DNA of 64,000 bases from Botryllus schlosseri (lineage: Eukaryota). Every line of letters starts with the position of its first letter. Within the stretch, counting starts at the first letter, position 1. Position numbers and translations under genes: made by a program. Shown piece by piece: positions 12,247 to 25,549 of this stretch. The notes beneath the pieces were generated by a model. The model saw only the letters and a program-made list of their open reading frames with translations. It was not told where the DNA came from and made no database searches. Where the stretch lies: positions 22,754,001 through 22,818,000 of the forward strand of contig CM119381.1 of NCBI GenBank assembly GCA_051294905.1, read 5' to 3'.

Positions 12247-15111
12247 ATAGCGGACATATATATTCGTTGCGATTCCCCCCTCACTGTTCCTCACAAACGG
12301 TACTGCTCGAGGCTATCATTCCCCGTCCGGTTTTAACATTGTTCAAGACTCACGGACGGGAATAATCACTGTAATTAGCAAGGTCAAAAATTATAATCCC
12401 CATTCCCCACTGTCCGGTAGAATGGTCCATGAACAATGGATATAATGAGCATGTTACTTGATAGCATGCGAGACTTGAGTGCGTGTGTTAAAGTTGAATT
12501 AATGGGTATGGTTTGGGTTAGGTTAGTGTTAGAGTTAGGGTATGGGTTGATTTTGGGGATTTGTGTCAGGTTTCTGATAGTGACTCATGCTAAAATGTCA
12601 GGAAACCCGGTATAATATTTATGATATGCTCATTCTACTTGCAATCGTGCCCGCACACCTCAAACTCTCGCGAAACGTGACTCAACTTTCGCGCGGAACG
12701 TGACTTAAGTCAAGACACTCCCTCTGCTGCGTTCGCGGCTCGCCCCGGCATCGCCAATATCGATTCTGTTTACGGATATGATTTCACGTGCTCTGCGTGG
12801 GACGGAACCTGCTCGCTCCTCTCTGCATCATCTTCACGCTCCGGCATCCCTGAATCACGCTTCCCCTTCCGTACGTGACTAAAGCCGGCGTGCGTAGTTC
12901 GAAACGTGTGGCGGCCGGGCGGATTTATTTATCGGTGTGGTGTGCCACAGTGCCGCTAAATTCGCGGTTACAGTTATTGATATCAAACGTTTGAGCATGC
13001 GACAGAATAAAAACGGCCATTGCGCATGCGGCACTTGAGCCTTGAACCCCCCAAAACCACCAAACTAACCCTATCCCTAACCCCAACCACAACCCTAACT
13101 TTAACGTAATTGGTTATCGCATACTATTATGTCGCCTGCTCTTCGGAAACTCCTCGTATAACGTCATATTTGTTCTAACACCCGGTGATAGACTCCTTAT
13201 TTCTTACCCTTTCCGAATCAACACTTGTCCGATGAGGCTTGGCGCAGGGATCCCAACACCCGGAGCTGAATCGAATGCTTTGGATTCGGTAGTAGAGCGT
13301 GGGGCAGCGATTATATACACAAAAGGCGCCCATTTTCAATATACACGATGACCATTTTTGCTCATTGCACCCTTGTATTTCGAAACGTTGTTCCCCTCTT
13401 CAAACAGGCCCGTGGTTGCATTATATTGCGCTGCATAGTTCTGGGTTGCAATAGTTGACATTCCGTTTTGCCGTAGCCTGGGGGGGGGGCATGATAACTG
13501 TAAAGGTCACGCATTGGGAGATTGTTGAAGGTTTTCATAGCGGTTATCCGATGCTTAGCCCCATGTTGAGTGCTTGTATTAGTTTTGTGTCGTGGATAGA
13601 TCCCTGTAAACTATTGCATGTTCACTTTTTGCATCTCTTCCTGCATTGCTTATAGGAGTCGGCGCTCATGCTGGTGTGAACAAAGCATAACCATATTGTC
13701 GTGTACAATTTGCCTTGCGTAACAGGTGTAACTATTAAAACGTGATGTAATATCCGAACGACACTGATTGTGTATGGCTATATGTCGCAACTGGCTTATG
13801 ATTATTCGTCAACAGTCGTAACCAGTCTAACGTGCGTTCTGTCAAAGGTCCAAGGTCGCACAAGTCCATTGGTACAATTCGTCAATTCACAACTATGCAG
13901 TCACTCATGATGATTACGCGCTGTAAATACATTGGTGGATAATTTAATAGGTGTTTTTACCAGATTTCCACCACAACGCAGGGGCAGATCAGGGCACCGG
14001 CATTTTCTAGTAACACATTATGCTTTCACACCCAATCTAATGGGTGGAAACGACTCAAATACACGAATCCTTGGCGAGAAATATCACAGGTGTAGTGCAC
14101 CACTTATTTGCGCCAATCCTGAAGCTGGTAGGCCTACACGAAAATAGAATCCACTCCTCCCCTGGAACATATCTCCATATGTCTCGTTTTCACTTATCGA
14201 GATGGCTGTGAAAGGAACTCTTTTACCGTGAGTGTCCTCTCCGTGATTTGCACACTACGCTAGGATGGAGATCAGGTAAAAACACTCAGCTCCCCCATGT
14301 ATTTACAGTATACTGATATGCCGTGTTCGAATCAATTTCAAAAGACTGCAGTTTTGATGATGATAACCGATGCCGTTTCTGTAGATACCATAAAATTAAC
14401 CTATTCAATACGATCGGTGGGTTTTCAGATATTGGCCTGTACCTATATCTTACCCAGACTATTGTCGGCCACTGCTACAGACAGATGGTGTCATTGTATA
14501 CTGTGTTGTGCGAGACGCGGTACGCGATTGTCTGTGAGTCGAGTTCTCGGTATCTGCCGCATTTCTTCGCTGAAGGCATCGCGATTCGGATTGTATCATG
14601 CAGCGGGCCGGCTGACTCGACTTTTTCCTCTGTGCATGTCACATCCCGTCAACGTGCGCGTGACTCAGCGCCGCGCATCCGTTCAAGATTGTGATTTCAA
14701 GAATTGAATTGTGACTAACTGGCCGGTATAAAGAACTTGCTCGAACCGTTGAATTTGATAACGTGCGAGTTTTCTCAGCGTCTGTCCGGTGCAGGTTTCT
14801 CGATGTGTGTCGCATTGGTACGTGACTGCTGGCAGTTCTGATTCACTGGTTGTGTAACGCATATCATTGCATACCATGGTATTTGTATGTCACTATGAAA
14901 CAATTCTTGGGCACCGCATTCTACCTACCAGCATTTCAAGTCCCTTTTTCGACTTACGTGCGTTCTGAGCGATCGAAAATTCGACACAGGCACAATTTCC
15001 GCTCCCGAGACCAATCGCTATATTTCGGAGACCTCGTAAAGCGCCACCGAACATGTGAGGTTTAACCAAGCCTTTTACTCGGGAAAACACACTGTACTTT
15101 ACACAAAAATC

Positions 15112-15162
15112 ACGAGTGTCAGCCGAAAATATTCGGGTTCATTTCAATATGAATATACTATT
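15112..15162 (+). repeat. Penelope pseudo-LTR fragment truncated inside the hammerhead core
   Basis: acgagtgtcagccgaaaatattcgggttcatttcaatatgaatatactatt. Confidence 0.8.
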
Positions 15163-15970
15163 TAAAAATCATATATGTCGCCGATTTTCACAACACCCAT
15201 ATCAGAGCCGCGCTTTCTGGCATAAAATTTTACTTTCGCGTCCATTTCAATGGAAAAGTATCCATGGGTTGGAGCGGGTTCTGTCTTTATGTACCACAAG
15301 GAATAACAAGGTGTAGCACATCAAAGAACATACACTACATTCTCGGGATATGTCATGCGTTTTCGCTGCATGGCATGCCGATGAAATGTGGTTATGAGTG
15401 TAAACGGTCCCGACCGATTTCTGCAGATTTAAGACACTGCTCGAAAACAACTTTACAAGAGCTATGATCAGCCATTGTTGCAAACAGCCGTAGTAAATAG
15501 GCGAGCCTATCACGAACCCTTGTGATGTCACTTAGAGTAATTCGCAACGTTCATGACTAAGCCATACTCTTTCTGTAAATTCTATCTCAAGTTTCGCATC
15601 GGTCACGTATACCGCCGTTTTGACCATTTTAACTTTCTTATTTTGATCGGACTTTAAATCATGGCTGGGATCGCTCTGAATTAACCGCGTCCGAACCAGC
15701 AACTGACTGCCGACGATTATAAATATGTATGTTGGTACTATTTATTGTCTGCCTTTGTAATGTATACTGAAGACGTGACTGTGTTCGTGTATCAATAAAT
15801 CGAGAATTTGATATCACGTTGCAGTTCTCCTAGAGCACGCGCTGCGGTGCTATGTTTAAACCGGGAAGTTCGGGGCGTATGTGGGGAAAACTTTCTACTT
15901 GGAGCTACAAATTCGGGTATTTTTAAACGCCATGACCTCGGACCGCTAACTTACAGATTCGCACGGCCGT

Positions 15971-16640
15971 TTGAAGAGCTTCTTGGAGATACTGAACTTC
16001 AATATACAATTGATTAGTTAGTATATTCATATTGAAATGAACTCGAATATTTTGGGCTGACACTGGTCAAGGGTAATCGTCAGCAACTAGTAGAGAATTG
16101 GAAAGAACATTGTATGTCAACAAAAGTATCGCAAAATATGACGTCACCGACATGAAATTTCGAACAATCTGGGCGGAGAGAGCGCTTAAGCTCAATGTAC
16201 TATTTTTAGATGGTACTCAAACTCCTTCTGAAGGCCCAGCTTGGTTGGCATATTTTGATAAAAGGCGACTGCAAGGCACCCAAACGAAAGTGTGAACGGC
16301 CTGTCCCGAAAACACGGTATCTGCCGTCCCGATATTTTTCGCGCAAACAGGATTATCGAACAAATGTTCGCGAATGGCAGAATTTATGACCTTTGCCTGT
16401 TGCGAATCAAGCTGCAGGGGATGAGTCAAGGGTGAGCCTTTCACCGAGCGTGATGTGCGTGTACTAATATATCTAGGTACATGCCGTTTTCCCCGGTCTC
16501 GCAAACGTTTCGTTTTTTTTATCTCACGTCGCCACAATCACAGTGGCGCTTATATTCATAAACTTGACTTTGTTGAAGTGTAAGAAGAACGTCTTTGCAT
16601 GTTGCATGGAGCACTGGTTATAATAACAAGATTTCGGGTA
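15971..16640 (-). mobile_element. Degenerate Penelope-like element: frameshifted GIY-YIG domain (16192-16640) plus pseudo-LTR
   Basis: Minus strand gives CKDVLLTLQQSQVYEYKRHCDC, RLRDRGKRHVPRYI, NSAIREHLFDNPVCAK and, after shifts, GRSHFRLGALQSPFIK...QKEFEYHLKIVH*, followed by the same repeat. Confidence 0.85.
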
Positions 16641-19138
16641 TTCCTGTTGATACAATGCTATATGTATGGTCCGGTAGCGTCACGTCCCGTTCCCGGTCCA
16701 GGGCCCAGAGACGTTGTAAGCCCATGATCTATTTAATGCTGTGGTATACGCTTAAGTGTAGTAACGATAAAATGTTGTCAATCACGTTGGGAATTGTGAT
16801 TCTGACAGTTATTAATAGTTGTTCGTTCGTATCCTTGTGTGGCGTACTGTGGTCGTCGTGGTATTAGTATTGTAAAATTACCGATACCAATTCACCAGTG
16901 CAGTAATCCTTCAAATGCCTTTCACAAATACACTTACTTCGTCATATCTCACGTTCGCGTCTTGTAGTAGTGTAATACGTTCCTGTATTGGTCGGATTGC
17001 AAGCTGTTATCTGGTCGCCTGCTAAGGACTATTTCGGTTCGGGTAATACCGGTCCGTGATTGACCTGCAAAGGTGCCGACATTCTGCAATCATCGGGCAT
17101 CGTTTCCTATTTTACAAATCTGATAGTCTCGATTGGCGTTACGACGCTGATAATGGAGTAGTCAATCAAATTGGAATGTCCGTTTTCGGTGCGGTTTTGG
17201 TTAACTCAGTTTCGGGAGTCCGGGAATCTTGTCGTCATTGCTGGCCTAATGTTGATCGCGCTGATAAGGTGTGGTGTTGGGTGTCGAATAGCAGACATAT
17301 TCTACTTATCGATTCGGTTGTTTACTGGAAAGTATAGATACCCCACAGTTTTTAACACCCCCTGTCAATTTGAAAATGCTACTCTGCGTCGGCGTAGCTA
17401 ACTCACATGTTCCGGACAAGAATATGATACCTTGCAGCTATGACGTCAATTTGCATAGCATCTAATTTTGAAGACGCAAGAGCTTTCATTCCTCTATCCA
17501 GGGCTACGCATACAGCGTTCTTGCGTAGCGGAAATTTCTAGATATTCCTGTAATCCTGTTGCATATATGCTTTGTATATATCTATACATATATCCCTACC
17601 AGAGACTAGCGGGTTCAGTATTTTTAGATTCGAAATCCTGTACCGAATCTAACCTAGTTCACATGCTTTTCGAACCCAGGTCCGAGTTATTCACACCGTT
17701 ATTAGCCAGCGCACATGCTCCCTTTTAGAAAAAATCCTAACCATTGACAAATACCATTTCGTTTTTCGTATCGCTCTCTGTATAACATTATCGAATTGCC
17801 TCTAATTTTGGCGCTGCAATTTGCATACACCGTGTCGTTCCGCCGTATGCCGAGATGTAGCTGATAAATAGCCGACTCTCACTTGTCGTTTGATTCAAAT
17901 TTCCGATAAGGGCTGTCTTTTTGTGTACGACGGGAAATTTCGAGTATAATACTCCACTCGCTGGCACAGCGTAGGCTATCTGTAGTCACTATGTCAAAAA
18001 CGTATTTATCCTTTGTTTTTGGGGCCTTTGAGAAGTGCGATATTCATCAGTATTGCTACTCAACACTTGCTCGTGAAAATGGCAACACCGCGCTAACCTT
18101 CACGCCCACGGTATGCTGGGTTAAATTGCTCAACGGGGCTTTAAAGTGATTGTTTACTCAAACCAAATTGAATTCTTGTGTGTTAATGAATTCGATTTGC
18201 ATACTAGAACGCGTGCATGCCCGAGTCACTTGGGATTATTGCAGTATATAGCATTGATTATGACACGCAATCGATTCACGGTTAGGAGAAATATATAGTG
18301 TTGTGTAACATGCGTCTGAGCGACATTTATTGAATGGAAGAGTGAAACGGATTAACGAGACCGATTGCGTGTAACGATCCGCCTTGATTGAACAGATGCC
18401 AACGGTGTTCTGTAGCTTACCTAGAAAAAGGTCACAACTCGCGACGGATATAACTATAAATTGGCGGATTGTGACGTCACTTCGGTACCTATCCAAAGTG
18501 GAGACGCGTCACAATTAATCTTTCCGAAGTCGCGATCAGCGTCTACGTTACTACATTTGGCTGTAAACCAGCTGTCATCGATAGCGAGCATACGCACTTA
18601 CGCAATAGCACGATATATTTTCGCGGAATTGGCCTGTGGTTTACGCAGTGCAGCGGCATTATAGCAGAGTCATCCGTGCGTTGCGGTAGCGTATCCATTA
18701 CTATGTAATGTATATCTATTCCATTGCCCATAACATTGAATATGATGACGTACGTCCTTGTAGACGGGACGCATTTTCTTCAACTGCTTCCACGCTAACG
18801 TATGTCTATTTGTACACTCGAGATGAGTGAGTCAGGGTGTATCGACCGCGTTGTAGTCGTAGGCCTATTCTCACAGAGAATTGCACTTGCAAATGTACGT
18901 ACAAGTACAGTACTTGAACAGTTGGTTTGTGGTACAGAACTTGAAGATAGCTTTCAATACAACATCCATTGTAGTAAAATATTTATTCAACTCGAAGTAC
19001 AGTAGAAGTACAACAAGTAGAAGTACAACAGAAGTACAGTACTGTGGGTGCGCGACGTTAATACTCTTGGCATGATGAATATTTGATGCCTTGTTGACTA
19101 ATCCAGTACCGGCACGCCCGTGATGTAGCTAATAGCTA

Positions 19139-20143
19139 TAGGGATGGTGTGGACGTGAGGTTCACGTTTACGCTCTGTGTGTGAGCCTCTGAAATTTAGA
19201 GGTTCACGTTCCCAAACGAACCTTGGCAGGTTCCGCACTGTGAACTTTTTCATATATTACAATTTTTCACGTCATAATAACATCTTTGATTGAAATTCTT
19301 TGTGTTTCAACTGCGGGCCACTCGATGCATGGCGCTGGCAGCATACAAAATCAACACTAAACGAGCATGAACAATGCACATTGACAATCTCAAAACTTTT
19401 ACTTACTTTATTTCAAAAGTTTGATCGAAATATCCAGTTTTCCGTTTGTGAATGTTTAGGAACTCTGCTATGAGCTTGACCCACAATCACACAACATCAA
19501 GAGCGAACTACTCTACATGTAGGTAGTCAGCGAATGATGCTTATAAGCTTATTCTACCAATCAATGAAATTCATATTAAGCATACATCGTTGTCTAATGT
19601 ACAAAATCTAGCAGGCGTGTGGGGTTCATATTGATTTGATATGTTTATTTTATCATAAAAACCGAATTCGTGTGGTTGGGGTGTTAACTACTCCTGTATA
19701 ACTTGTTAATGGGATAATATCGGTAGCAAGTATAGAAACCCGTTTTATTCTCTGCTCCATATCAATGTAGCAGTACTCTGACGCCGAATACATTGTCCGG
19801 TCTGACCTGGACCGGTAAGGCGTAAACTTATATTCCTGGCAAGTCGTCGTCGAAATTGTTGGCAAAGCGACGGAAGATATTGATTTCATGGGATTAATAT
19901 GTCATTTGATTTCTCCGTTTGATAGCCTACATTTGGCGACGGTTTAAAAGTCAGTACTTCAGCATTGTGGCATAATTGGGCCCGAGTTGTCGCTATATCG
20001 TGCACATTATTATATCAAGTCACTGAAATGTAGGGCTGGAATTAGCAATGTGACGTCACGTGACGTCATGAGGTCCACGTTCGCGTTCATTAAAGGTTCG
20101 CGTTCACACAACCTGAACCTTTCAGAGTTTCACACCATCCCTA
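19139..20143. mobile_element. hAT-like non-autonomous element with Ac-like TIR
   Basis: tagggatggtgtg / cacaccatcccta with subterminal gaggttcacgtt repeats. No TSD found. Confidence 0.6.
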
Positions 20144-22649
20144 CGAAAAGCTGTTGTGGTTTAGTCCTGGCTTAATCCGTGTACCAACGGCGACAGAAAA
20201 CTTGGAAGCCTGTTAAATTAGCCGCGAACGACCCTATCTACTAAAACGTGTGTAGTAAGGACATCAACAACCATGATTTGTCGTGTCTAGCCTACACCTC
20301 TCGTCATCATGTCACGGCGACTCGACAAACGACTGCATAAAAATTGATGAGCGTAATCAGACCGGCCTACAACTTCGTGTACTGCAGTGTGTTCACAGAT
20401 CGGTGATCGCTTGTCCGTGAAAACTCCTGATTTGCTAATTTATTGGTAGATGTCGCAACGCGGTTTAGACGACAGGGAGCAGCATCTGTTGGATATGTTG
20501 GAAACTAACATGTCCAATATCCATTGTACATAATAGGAATGTATCCATTCTAATCCTGGAATGAACAAAGACCCGTTTTGGGAAACCACATAGATATATA
20601 GGACTACAATAGGTTGATCACATTGCTGTGCAGTGTTCAGCTGTGCATTGTGCAAGTTTGCTGACAGCAAGATTCTGATTATCGGTAAAGGCAGCAATGC
20701 AAATATTATTTCAACAAGGGATATCCCTCTTTATTCAGTCACCCACGTTCCGCATTCCATCACAGCCGGTTCTAGCGACAAGGTGGTGACTATTTGCGTT
20801 TGTGTGCGCGCAACAAGATTTGTCATGTGACTATAAATGCAAGAAGGAAACTAGCCCGTTTTTGTGGCAGTGTATCCTACGTGAGCCGATCTATTATCCT
20901 GATATATTGTTCTTCCCAATGTAAACAGATGCCGATTTTCAATTGTGGTTTTTAGTTTGTAAGGATATCCGCTGCATTGTTATCGAAATATTCTGTACGC
21001 TGTGCGTGTGCGTATCCTGAGTGGCCTCACTGTTTCTAAGATTTGTTCGACCATTTTCTTACCTTTCGCCGACAAAAGGCTAAATTCTCTTATTTCACTA
21101 TTGTAACAGTCGTAATTAAGTAATAGGGTGCGGAGGTCATTTCACGTGAACTATTGTGCGCTAGATTGCGTTACCCGCCAAATATATTATATTCTTCAAG
21201 AGCATAGTTCAAGATGTCACTAGATTCCCAGCAGCTGCATGCATCTACGAATAGATTCATGCTATCTTGTGTTGACGTCAACACACCACTGCCCTTGTCC
21301 ATTTTAATATGTGCGCCGTTTGACGTCACGTACTCCGAAACATGAGCTTCACAAAGCATACAGGACACATCACTTTCCGTTCCTAAAACACCCCATAGCG
21401 AATACGAAGTCAATTAAAGCATCACGCGCACAGCGCAACGCCTCAACGAGCGACGCGTAGTAAGAAATTGATCGGCTATGGTTCCTAAAATAACCTCAGA
21501 TACTATGAGCGTGAGTCATCCAAACTGTTGCGGTATGGAGGCTAATTGCCGCACGGCACCGGATATCAAACTGCATGCAGGCATTGACTGTCTGTAGTAT
21601 AGCGTTGGCGGTAATTGAATTGATTACCTTGCACGCCACGGGCCATACGGAGCTATATCGATGATATACTCGCATTTCCGTCTCGCCTATAGGCCATGGT
21701 GTGTATTGCTTACGGGTCGACCGCTTTTATTCCGCGAATTAAATCTGACATTCTGCTAACAGCGATCGGCACTACTGGCTGCGAATTCATTATAGTCCGA
21801 CGGTTGGTTTGCAAATCTTAAAGCCCTATCGAATTGCTTGCGTCGGTAAAATAAACGCTGCTATACCGAATGACTGGTTTTGCGCTGAAAAATCAACGGA
21901 CACTACCGGTATAGCAACGTATCTCGTACCAGGCTAATCTCTCATCTTTATAAATCACGTGGTATAAACACAAAGAGATGGCTTTACGGCTGACTCGCGC
22001 AGACGCGCAGTCAAGGTGATTCCCGACGTAACACGCGCGATGTTGAAGCTAAAACGACCGCCTTTGCGTTACAGGCGGTCGGATATGTTTAATATAAGGT
22101 TGATGGGCTGATGTCTTATATCTAATGACACGACTAAAAATCTGTGTACACGTGAAGGCCTAGCCATTCGGGAACGGTGTCATTCGCAGTACTGAAGTTG
22201 CGAGCAACCGCCAGCTTTGAAGAAGGAATTTCACACTCAAACGATACTTCTCGCTTCGCTTCTCTCGAAGGAAAGTAACGTAGGCTTGCCTGATAACGCG
22301 ACACGTTTGCGTCATCAATTCTAAAAATATTGGATAATGGACATGGACATTGGACATCCGTCGTAATGGCTAAAACATTTGACTTCGTGGCTCGATCTAT
22401 CGACTAGATAAGAAGCTTTACGGTTTCCACACGTATCGTCGCCGAGAGCCCGTTAAAGGCCTTGCCAATTTCAAAGTCGTTCTGTACGTAAAAGAGCAGG
22501 AAACATTATTTATGGCTGTTACCCGGCTTCAAAACACATGTAATGGTGCATTTTAATCGATACGTATGTCACTAATATTTCAAGAGTAAGTCGCACTAAT
22601 TTTGTTCCTTTGAATGAATGTCACAAAATCTACCCTCGAAGAGACTGAT

Positions 22650-22960
22650 GGAGATACCGAACTTCAATATACAATTGAATAGTACATTCCTATTGAAAGA
22701 AAACCTCATATTTTCGGCTGACACTCGTCAGCGGTAATCATCAGCAACTAGTATAGAATTGAGAAGAACATCGTATATCAGCAATAGCCATATTTGGTGA
22801 TACGATTGTCGCTGTACTGTGCAGTACACGCACCCTATATTTCATTTACAATCGCGTAACACTGCCTATTATCATTCTTTATTGATCCGAACGTAGTCGT
22901 TGCGTGGTTTGTGTCGGCCGAAAGTATTCGGTCTTATTTCAATATGAATTTACTATTCTA
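22650..22960. repeat. Penelope pseudo-LTR (- strand, 22650-22785) with + strand fragments at about 22790-22812 and 22913-22960
   Basis: Matches the repeat consensus in both orientations. Confidence 0.7.
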
Positions 22961-23562
22961 CTCGCGTACACGAGCTCCTATTTATGTCAAGCGTGTTCTT
23001 ATTTGAAATACTCTCGTCTGGACGCGATATTTGACATTTTGCGCATCGTATAATGAGAAGCACACCTATTTTAATGCCGTCATAGCGGTACAATGCCTCC
23101 TCTTATCAAACAGGGTGTGCTTTGTCATCCGCCGCGTCTTCCCCTCGGATTCACTATTTTAGCTCGGCAAATATCATACGTTTCTGGTAATCGGCAAAGA
23201 CAACAACCGGCCGTAATGACGTCAATTCGGAACCTTCCCGATTCACCGTTCCATAAATGGGCGAAAATCTCTCGTTTCCGAAGTGCGCGTCGCCCTGGTG
23301 ACCTTACAAGGTCGCCGCACTTCCGATGCGGCGACGGATGGTGCGTGCCGCCGCTGGCTTGTTTGCTGTTCTTGAAGACGCGTCTGTTTACGTCGCAGTA
23401 AGGATACTTGCTGTATTATTCCGCGCGTCCATTAAATAACGTTTTATGTGAGTTTACATCATCTTGGTGGTAATGCTGTTATTTAAATAAGGAATAGCAC
23501 GTTATATATTTTTGTGTTTGATTTATATGCGGCATATACATCGACTCGACCCATGCTATACA

Positions 23563-23822
23563 ATATATATATATATACAACATACATGCACACGACGTGT
23601 GCATATGCAAACCATGAGTGCATGCTGTGCCTAATGCCGCTGGACGATGAAGGTGCAGAAATGGCCTTGTAAGGCTTTCTAAGTCTTGCACCACCCCTCC
23701 ATGCTACCTCTGAAATGCTGATCGCTAAGTGGGGAAGTCACGGCTACCAGTTTTACTGATCAGTGACCTGACCCGACCGGGGATTGAACCAACGACCTAC
23801 CGATGTCGGATGCTCAACCGTA
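23563..23822 (-). mobile_element. tRNA-derived SINE family B with a (TA)n tail; central domain reminiscent of Meta-type SINEs
   Basis: B box GGTTCAATCCccggtcgggtca then aaaactggtagccgtgacttccccacttagcg. The domain assignment is from memory. Confidence 0.6.
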
Positions 23823-23883
23823 ACGATATCTTGAATCTTGAGATAGGGCAGTTATGGGCTTCTACAGAACAAAGTCATCGTAT

Positions 23884-24166
23884 TGGCGAGATAACGCGTT
23901 GGTAAAATCCACAGCTGCAACACCAATGGGCTGCGGGCTTGAGTCCGGCCCAGGTCGACTTCAGAACTCCCGCCTAAGTGTTAGAGGTTTGTCTAGGGTC
24001 CTCCTCGTCATGTCATCCGCGTAAGCGGTGTCTTATAAAAGCCTATAAGTGGGCCGTGCTACAAGTCGTCAGCTTCGGAATAACAATGAAGAAAAATAGG
24101 CATGATGTAAATGACCATAGCAGTCGACAAAACACCATGAATACCACATATAAACAAACAAACAAA
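23884..24166 (+). mobile_element. tRNA-derived SINE family A with an (AAAC)n tail
   Basis: Homologous to 41167-41443; decayed A and B boxes. Confidence 0.75.
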
Positions 24167-24507
24167 CGAAACCACCGTGTAAATTGATTGAATGGAATGT
24201 AGCTCTGCTCCCCCAATTTTTTTGTCCTGGATTCTGGCATTGCCCAAAATGATACGGGTCGAATGGCCCTCGTCTTCTGCACAAAATTATACGGTTCTGG
24301 ATATATCCTGACGTTCCAATAGAATCTATCTAATTCAAGCTGTGAGCACTTAGGTCAAGTGGTGTTTACGACAATATCTTCGCATTATGTGATAAAAATG
24401 TACACTGCACAGTTAAATATCCACTGGTTTTACAATGTATATTGTAGAGCTTCTTGGAGGTACAGATCTTCAATGTACAATTGAATAGTATATTCATATT
24501 GAAATGA

Positions 24508-24541
24508 ACCCGAATATTTTCGGCTGACACTCGTCAGGGGT
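24508..24541 (-). ncRNA. Minimal hammerhead ribozyme (family 1), left arm of an inverted pair
   Basis: Reverse complement of acccgaatattttcggctgacactcgtcaggggt has the intact core. Confidence 0.78.
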
Positions 24542-24582
24542 AATCGTCTTTTAAGAACATTCTCTACTAGTTGCCGACGATT

Positions 24583-24616
24583 ACCCCTGACGAGTGTCAG
24601 CCGAAAATATTCGGGT
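24583..24616 (+). ncRNA. Minimal hammerhead ribozyme (family 1), right arm of an inverted pair
   Basis: acccctgacgagtgtcagccgaaaatattcgggt. Confidence 0.78.
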
Positions 24617-25549
24617 TCATTTCAATATGAACATACTATTCAATGTACAATTGTACATTGTACATGCGAAAACTTTGATCAATGTTGACACCGGTTGTGT
24701 TGCTGCCTAACTTCCTTCGATTTACATCGAATTTGAGAGTATGATCGCTCCTAATGTCAAAGTATTTGGATACAATTCAAAAACCGATCGGTCGACATAT
24801 TTCGAATTTCGTCCGCTTCCGAGTGACAGAAAAAAAAGATGATTTGAGCGAAATTTTGGTTTCAGAGTTACCGAAATTTTCCGTTACGACCCCGCCTTTG
24901 ACACGCCTGCGTTAGGTGGATTGGAGATTTCAAGTCAAGATCGCTGTGGATTAGTCAACAGTTGTGGTGAAAATTCAGAGGTTTGGAAGCACTGTCGCCA
25001 AAATACGTGAATATATTAATATCCAAATCCTTATACACCTCTGCCGGAATAACACACGAATCTCATCTCTGCGAGTTCGCCTGTAGGCCCGTGTGGGTGA
25101 AGCCATGTCCCGAAGCCGGATGCCGAAAATCTGTTTGGCTTTCGGTCTGCGCGCTGTTTGCGGTACTTTTACATCGATCTATTCAGCTCTCCCACACATA
25201 AACCAGCGCAGTTTGCCCACCGTGCTATTGCAGTTCGTTACGGTGTCCTGCAAGGTCGCTTGTTAGCGCTTGTCAACATGTTTTTACATGCACGCCGGTA
25301 CTGACTCACAGGTGTAAACTCAAGATGTGGATCCGCTAAGCTAATTCGGTGTGTGCATGCGTGGTTGTGAACTTAGAACACATAAACAGTAAACAAGCCT
25401 CGGGATCTGAGGACTACAATGACGTCATTAATGGTTATTTTAGATGACACCAGAGCAAACGTGAATTTAACAGTATATATATAGGACGATTGCCATCAGT
25501 GACTGGCCTCTGGTATGAATGGTGGGGTAACTGCTCGGTGTGCGGGTAT

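Noticed and set aside
13960-14095. Integrase-like FHTQSNG motif / possible exon
   Set aside because: No surrounding DDE context; the similarity is too short to support.
23300-23401. LDLa-like FRCGDGWCVPPLAC in ORF 23093-23401
   Set aside because: No acidic DxxxDC...DE motif and wrong Cys spacing.
24446-24650. CRISPR-like or tandem array reading of the recurrent repeat
   Set aside because: Copies are dispersed and variably truncated in a eukaryotic context, with no regular repeat-spacer period.
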